From NCBI GenBank assembly GCA_006514895.1, contig VDMG01000310.1:1-46547 (forward strand): a stretch of DNA of 46,547 nucleotides, read 5' to 3'. The DNA comes from Beijerinckiaceae bacterium. Lineage in GTDB: Bacteria > Pseudomonadota > Alphaproteobacteria > Rhizobiales > Beijerinckiaceae. Below are positions 43,454 through 46,547 of this stretch, one piece after another (within the stretch, counting starts at the first letter, position 1; each line of letters opens with the position of its first letter). Both the position numbers and the translations under genes were made by a program. The notes beneath the pieces were generated by a model. The model searched no databases. It had not been told where the DNA came from and saw nothing but the letters and a program-made list of their open reading frames with translations.

Positions 43454-43502
43454 TGGAGCATTTGCAAGCGAAGCGGATACCGGTTCGCTTGAAAGTGCTC
43501 TA
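43454..43502. repeat. Palindromic repeat unit, inverted copy of 42801-42834
   Basis: GGAGCATTTGCAAGCGAAGCGGATACCGGTTCGC (43455-43488) is 32/34 identical to the reverse complement of 42801-42834. Confidence 0.88.
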
Positions 43503-43563
43503 AAGCAATGACTTAGTGCCATCGCACCGGCGCTTTCCCGCCGCTCCGCACCCAAAGGTTCTG

Positions 43564-44400
43564 ATGACGACCCGTATTGATCGCCGCTTTGCGGATCTGG
43601 CGCGGCAAAACCGCGCCGCGCTCGTGACCTTTGTGATGGCCGGCGACCCGGATCTTGCTACTAGCCTCGACATTTTGAAAGCGCTTCCGGAGGCGGGGGC
43701 CGATGTGATCGAGCTCGGCATGCCTTTCACCGATCCGATGGCGGATGGGCCGGCGATCCAGGCGGCGGGGCTGCGCGCGCTCGCGGCCGGAACGACTCTT
43801 GCCAAAACGCTGGCGCTCGCCGCCGATTTTCGCACGGACGATTCCACGACTCCGGTCGTTCTCATGGGCTATTACAACCCGGTCTACGTCTATGGGGTTG
43901 AGGCTTTTCTTCGCGATGCGAAGGCCGCGGGCGTCGATGGCTTGATCATCGTCGATCTGCCGCCCGAAGAAGATGCCGAGCTTTGCCTGCCCACGCTCGC
44001 GGCGGGGCTTAATTTCATCCGCCTCGCGACACCAACGACGGATGCCGCGCGGCTGCCGGCCGTTCTCGCCCATACCTCGGGCTTTGTCTATTATGTTTCG
44101 ATCACCGGCACGACCGGAGCCGCCACGCCTGATTTCGCCAAGGTTGCCACGGCGGTCAGCCGCATCAAGGCGCATACGCGCTTGCCGGTCGCGGTCGGCT
44201 TTGGCGTGAAAAACGCCAAAAGCGCCGCCGCGATCGCCGCGCACGCCGACGGGGTGGTGGTCGGCTCGGCGATCGTCGAAGCCTTACGCGCCTCGCTCGA
44301 TAATCGTGGCAAGGCGACCGGGAAAAGCGTAGAAGCAGTTGCGGGTCTCGTCGCCGATATCGCCAAGGGCGTGCGGCCAGTGGCAGCCGCACCGGGCTGA
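43564..44400 (+). CDS. trpA: Tryptophan synthase alpha subunit
   Basis: [47 protein letters not shown]. Confidence 0.97.
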   Translation: MTTRIDRRFADLARQNRAALVTFVMAGDPDLATSLDILKALPEAGADVIELGMPFTDPMADGPAIQAAGLRALAAGTTLAKTLALAADFRTDDSTTPVVLMGYYNPVYVYGVEAFLRDAKAAGVDGLIIVDLPPEEDAELCLPTLAAGLNFIRLATPTTDAARLPAVLAHTSGFVYYVSITGTTGAATPDFAKVATAVSRIKAHTRLPVAVGFGVKNAKSAAAIAAHADGVVVGSAIVEALRASLDNRGKATGKSVEAVAGLVADIAKGVRPVAAAPG

Positions 44401-44468
44401 AATGCCGGCAAAAGTTCCACGGTCATAAACGCAATGGCAAAACTGGATGACCCAAAACTGGATAGCTG

Positions 44469-45338
44469 ATGAACTGGATCTCCAATGTCGTCCCGCCGAA
44501 GGTCAGGTCTTTGCTGCGTCGCGAGACTCCCGAAAACCTCTGGGTCAAATGCCCTGAGTCCGGCGAACTCGTCTTTCACAAAGATCTCGAGGCGAACCTC
44601 TTCGTCGTGCCGGGCTCCGGCTATCACATGCGTCTCGCCCCCAGAGCGAGACTCGAGAATCTTTTCGACGACGCCACCTATGAGGAAATCGCGACGCCGG
44701 AGGTGCCGCTGGACCCTTTGAAATTCCGCGATGTGAAGCGCTATACCGACCGGCTCAAGGAATACCGCCTGAAAACCGGCGCCCCCGACGCGGTAAAGCT
44801 CGCCTTTGGCAAATTGCAAAGCATGGATATCGTTGCCGCGGTGCAGGATTTCGATTTCCTCGGCGGCTCGCTTGGCATGGCGGCGGGCGAGGCCATTATC
44901 ACGGGCATGACGGTGGCGGTCGAGCGCCACGCGCCTTTCATCATTTTCACCGCCTCGGGTGGCGCGCGGATGCAGGAAGGAATCTTCTCGCTGATGCAAA
45001 TGCCGCGCACGACGATCGCCGTGCAGCGTCTGCGCGACACCAAGCTTCCCTATATTGTCGTCCTGACCAATCCGACGACGGGCGGCGTCACCGCCTCTTA
45101 TGCCATGCTCGGCGATATCCATATCGCCGAACCAGGCGCGGTCATCGGTTTTGCCGGAGCCCGGGTGATCGAACAAACGATTCGCGAACGCTTGCCCGAA
45201 GGCTTTCAGCGCTCCGAATATCTCGAAACGCATGGCATGATCGATATGGTGGTGAAAAGGCAGGACATTCGCGCGACGCTCGGCCGCCTTTGCGCGCTGT
45301 TGACGAGGACCCAGCCCATCGAGCAAGCAGCCGCCTGA
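44469..45338 (+). CDS. accD: Acetyl-CoA carboxylase carboxyltransferase beta subunit
   Basis: [51 protein letters not shown]. Confidence 0.97.
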   Translation: MNWISNVVPPKVRSLLRRETPENLWVKCPESGELVFHKDLEANLFVVPGSGYHMRLAPRARLENLFDDATYEEIATPEVPLDPLKFRDVKRYTDRLKEYRLKTGAPDAVKLAFGKLQSMDIVAAVQDFDFLGGSLGMAAGEAIITGMTVAVERHAPFIIFTASGGARMQEGIFSLMQMPRTTIAVQRLRDTKLPYIVVLTNPTTGGVTASYAMLGDIHIAEPGAVIGFAGARVIEQTIRERLPEGFQRSEYLETHGMIDMVVKRQDIRATLGRLCALLTRTQPIEQAAA

Positions 45339-45359
45339 GGGCCGCGAAACAAGGGCAAC

Positions 45360-46547
45360 ATGGATTCGCTAAACGCGCTCCTCACACGCCTTTTCACTCT
45401 GCATCGCAAGACGATCGAACTCTCGCTTGGGAGGATCGAGCGGCTGCTTGCCGCGCTCGGATCGCCGGAGGCGCGCTTGCCGCCGATCGTTCATGTCGCG
45501 GGAACGAATGGCAAGGGTTCGACGATTGCTTTCATGCGCGCCATTCTCGAAGCGGCGGGAAAGCGCGTTCATGTCTATACCTCGCCGCATCTGGTGCGCT
45601 TTCATGAACGCATCAGACTCGGTGCGGAAGGTGGCGGAAAGCTCGTCGGTGACGCCGAACTTTTTGCCGCTTTGACCGCCTGTGAAAAGGCCAATGAGGG
45701 CCAACCGATAACTTTCTTCGAAGTCACCACCGCGGCGGCATTCAAGCTTTTCAGCGAGCATCCCGCCGATTATTTGCTGCTGGAAACCGGTCTCGGCGGA
45801 AGGTTCGATGCAACCAATGTCATCGCGCGGCCGCGGGCGGCGGTCATAACGCCGGTCTCGATCGATCATCCTGAATTCCTTGGCGCGACGGTCGACAAAA
45901 TCGCTTACGAGAAGGCTGGAATTTTCAAATCCGGCGCGCTCGTTGTTCTGAGCAACCAGGAAGATGCCGCCCTGTCGGTGCTTGATCGCGAAGCGAGGCG
46001 CTTAGGTACGCCGCTGATCGCCGGGGGACGCGATTACGACGCCTTCGAAGAAAATGGTCGCCTTGTGTTCGAGGACAAACGCGGCCTTCTCGATCTGCCG
46101 TCGCCGCGTCTCATCGGCCACCATCAGCAGCAAAACGCCGCGACTGCGATCGCCGCGTTGCGCGCCATCGAGCCTCATCTCCCGGCATCCGCCTTCGAAC
46201 ATGGTTTACTGCACGTGGAGTGGCCAGCGCGTTTGCAAAATCTCGCCAAGGGTCATGTGGCGGCGCTCGCTCCGGCAGGCGCGGATATCTGGCTTGACGG
46301 CGGCCATAACGAGGATGCCGGGCGCGCGCTCGCGCAATCGATGGCGGAGCTGGAAGACAAAATGCAACGGCCTCTCGTGATCGTCTGCGGCTCGCTTGCA
46401 TCCAAGGATACGGGCGGCTTTCTCCGTGCCTTCAAGGGCCTTGCCCAAGAGGTTGTCGCCGTGCCGGTGAATGCCGACCAATATGCGAAGCCCGCGGCCG
46501 AGGTTGCCGCGGCCGCCACCGCCAATGGGATCCCCGCGGCGGCCTGC
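45360..46547 (+). CDS. folC: Folylpolyglutamate/dihydrofolate synthase (3' end truncated by window edge)
   Basis: Manual translation from ATG 45360: MDSLNALL...HVAGTNGKGST...YTSPHLVRFHERI...ETGLGGRFDATN...DGGHN; follows accD. Confidence 0.95.
   Translation, partial: MDSLNALLTRLFTLHRKTIELSLGRIERLLAALGSPEARLPPIVHVAGTNGKGSTIAFMRAILEAAGKRVHVYTSPHLVRFHERIRLGAEGGGKLVGDAELFAALTACEKANEGQPITFFEVTTAAAFKLFSEHPADYLLLETGLGGRFDATNVIARPRAAVITPVSIDHPEFLGATVDKIAYEKAGIFKSGALVVLSNQEDAALSVLDREARRLGTPLIAGGRDYDAFEENGRLVFEDKRGLLDLPSPRLIGHHQQQNAATAIAALRAIEPHLPASAFEHGLLHVEWPARLQNLAKGHVAALAPAGADIWLDGGHNEDAGRALAQSMAELEDKMQRPLVIVCGSLASKDTGGFLRAFKGLAQEVVAVPVNADQYAKPAAEVAAAATANGIPAAAC

Overview
GC-rich alphaproteobacterial chromosome segment (Hyphomicrobiales, probably Beijerinckiaceae-like; taxonomy is inferred). 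It carries the secE-nusG-rplK-rplA-rplJ-rplL-rpoB cluster (minus strand, rpoB runs off the left edge), trmJ, an HxlR regulator facing an amber-interrupted membrane gene, an EamA transporter, folA-hflK-hflC, gcdH, class I lysS, a methyltransferase, a truncated DUF952, pyrD, a MATE transporter, a thiolase, gpmA, an alkB remnant, a nitrilase plus oppABC-D/F operon, fadB, corA, an RluA-family gene, Sel1 and ThiE-like genes, a low-GC orphan, secB, an M48/YgjP-like gene, cysD-cysNC, cobU and trpA-accD-folC (folC runs off the right edge). I saw no tRNA, rRNA, CRISPR array, transposase or integrase. The genes are mostly housekeeping; the unusual signal is non-coding: (i) palindromic TAGAGC...GCTCTA repeats at many gene junctions that share TAG stop codons and bracket cobU as an inverted pair where trpF/trpB would be expected; (ii) a parS-like site inside a 40-bp palindrome, with a second copy cut at its centre; (iii) four phased 22-bp repeats with DnaA-box-like cores upstream of folA; (iv) a low-GC Cys-rich gene split at a (TC)5 tract; (v) several gene remnants. 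None of this proves a new system; these are testable leads.
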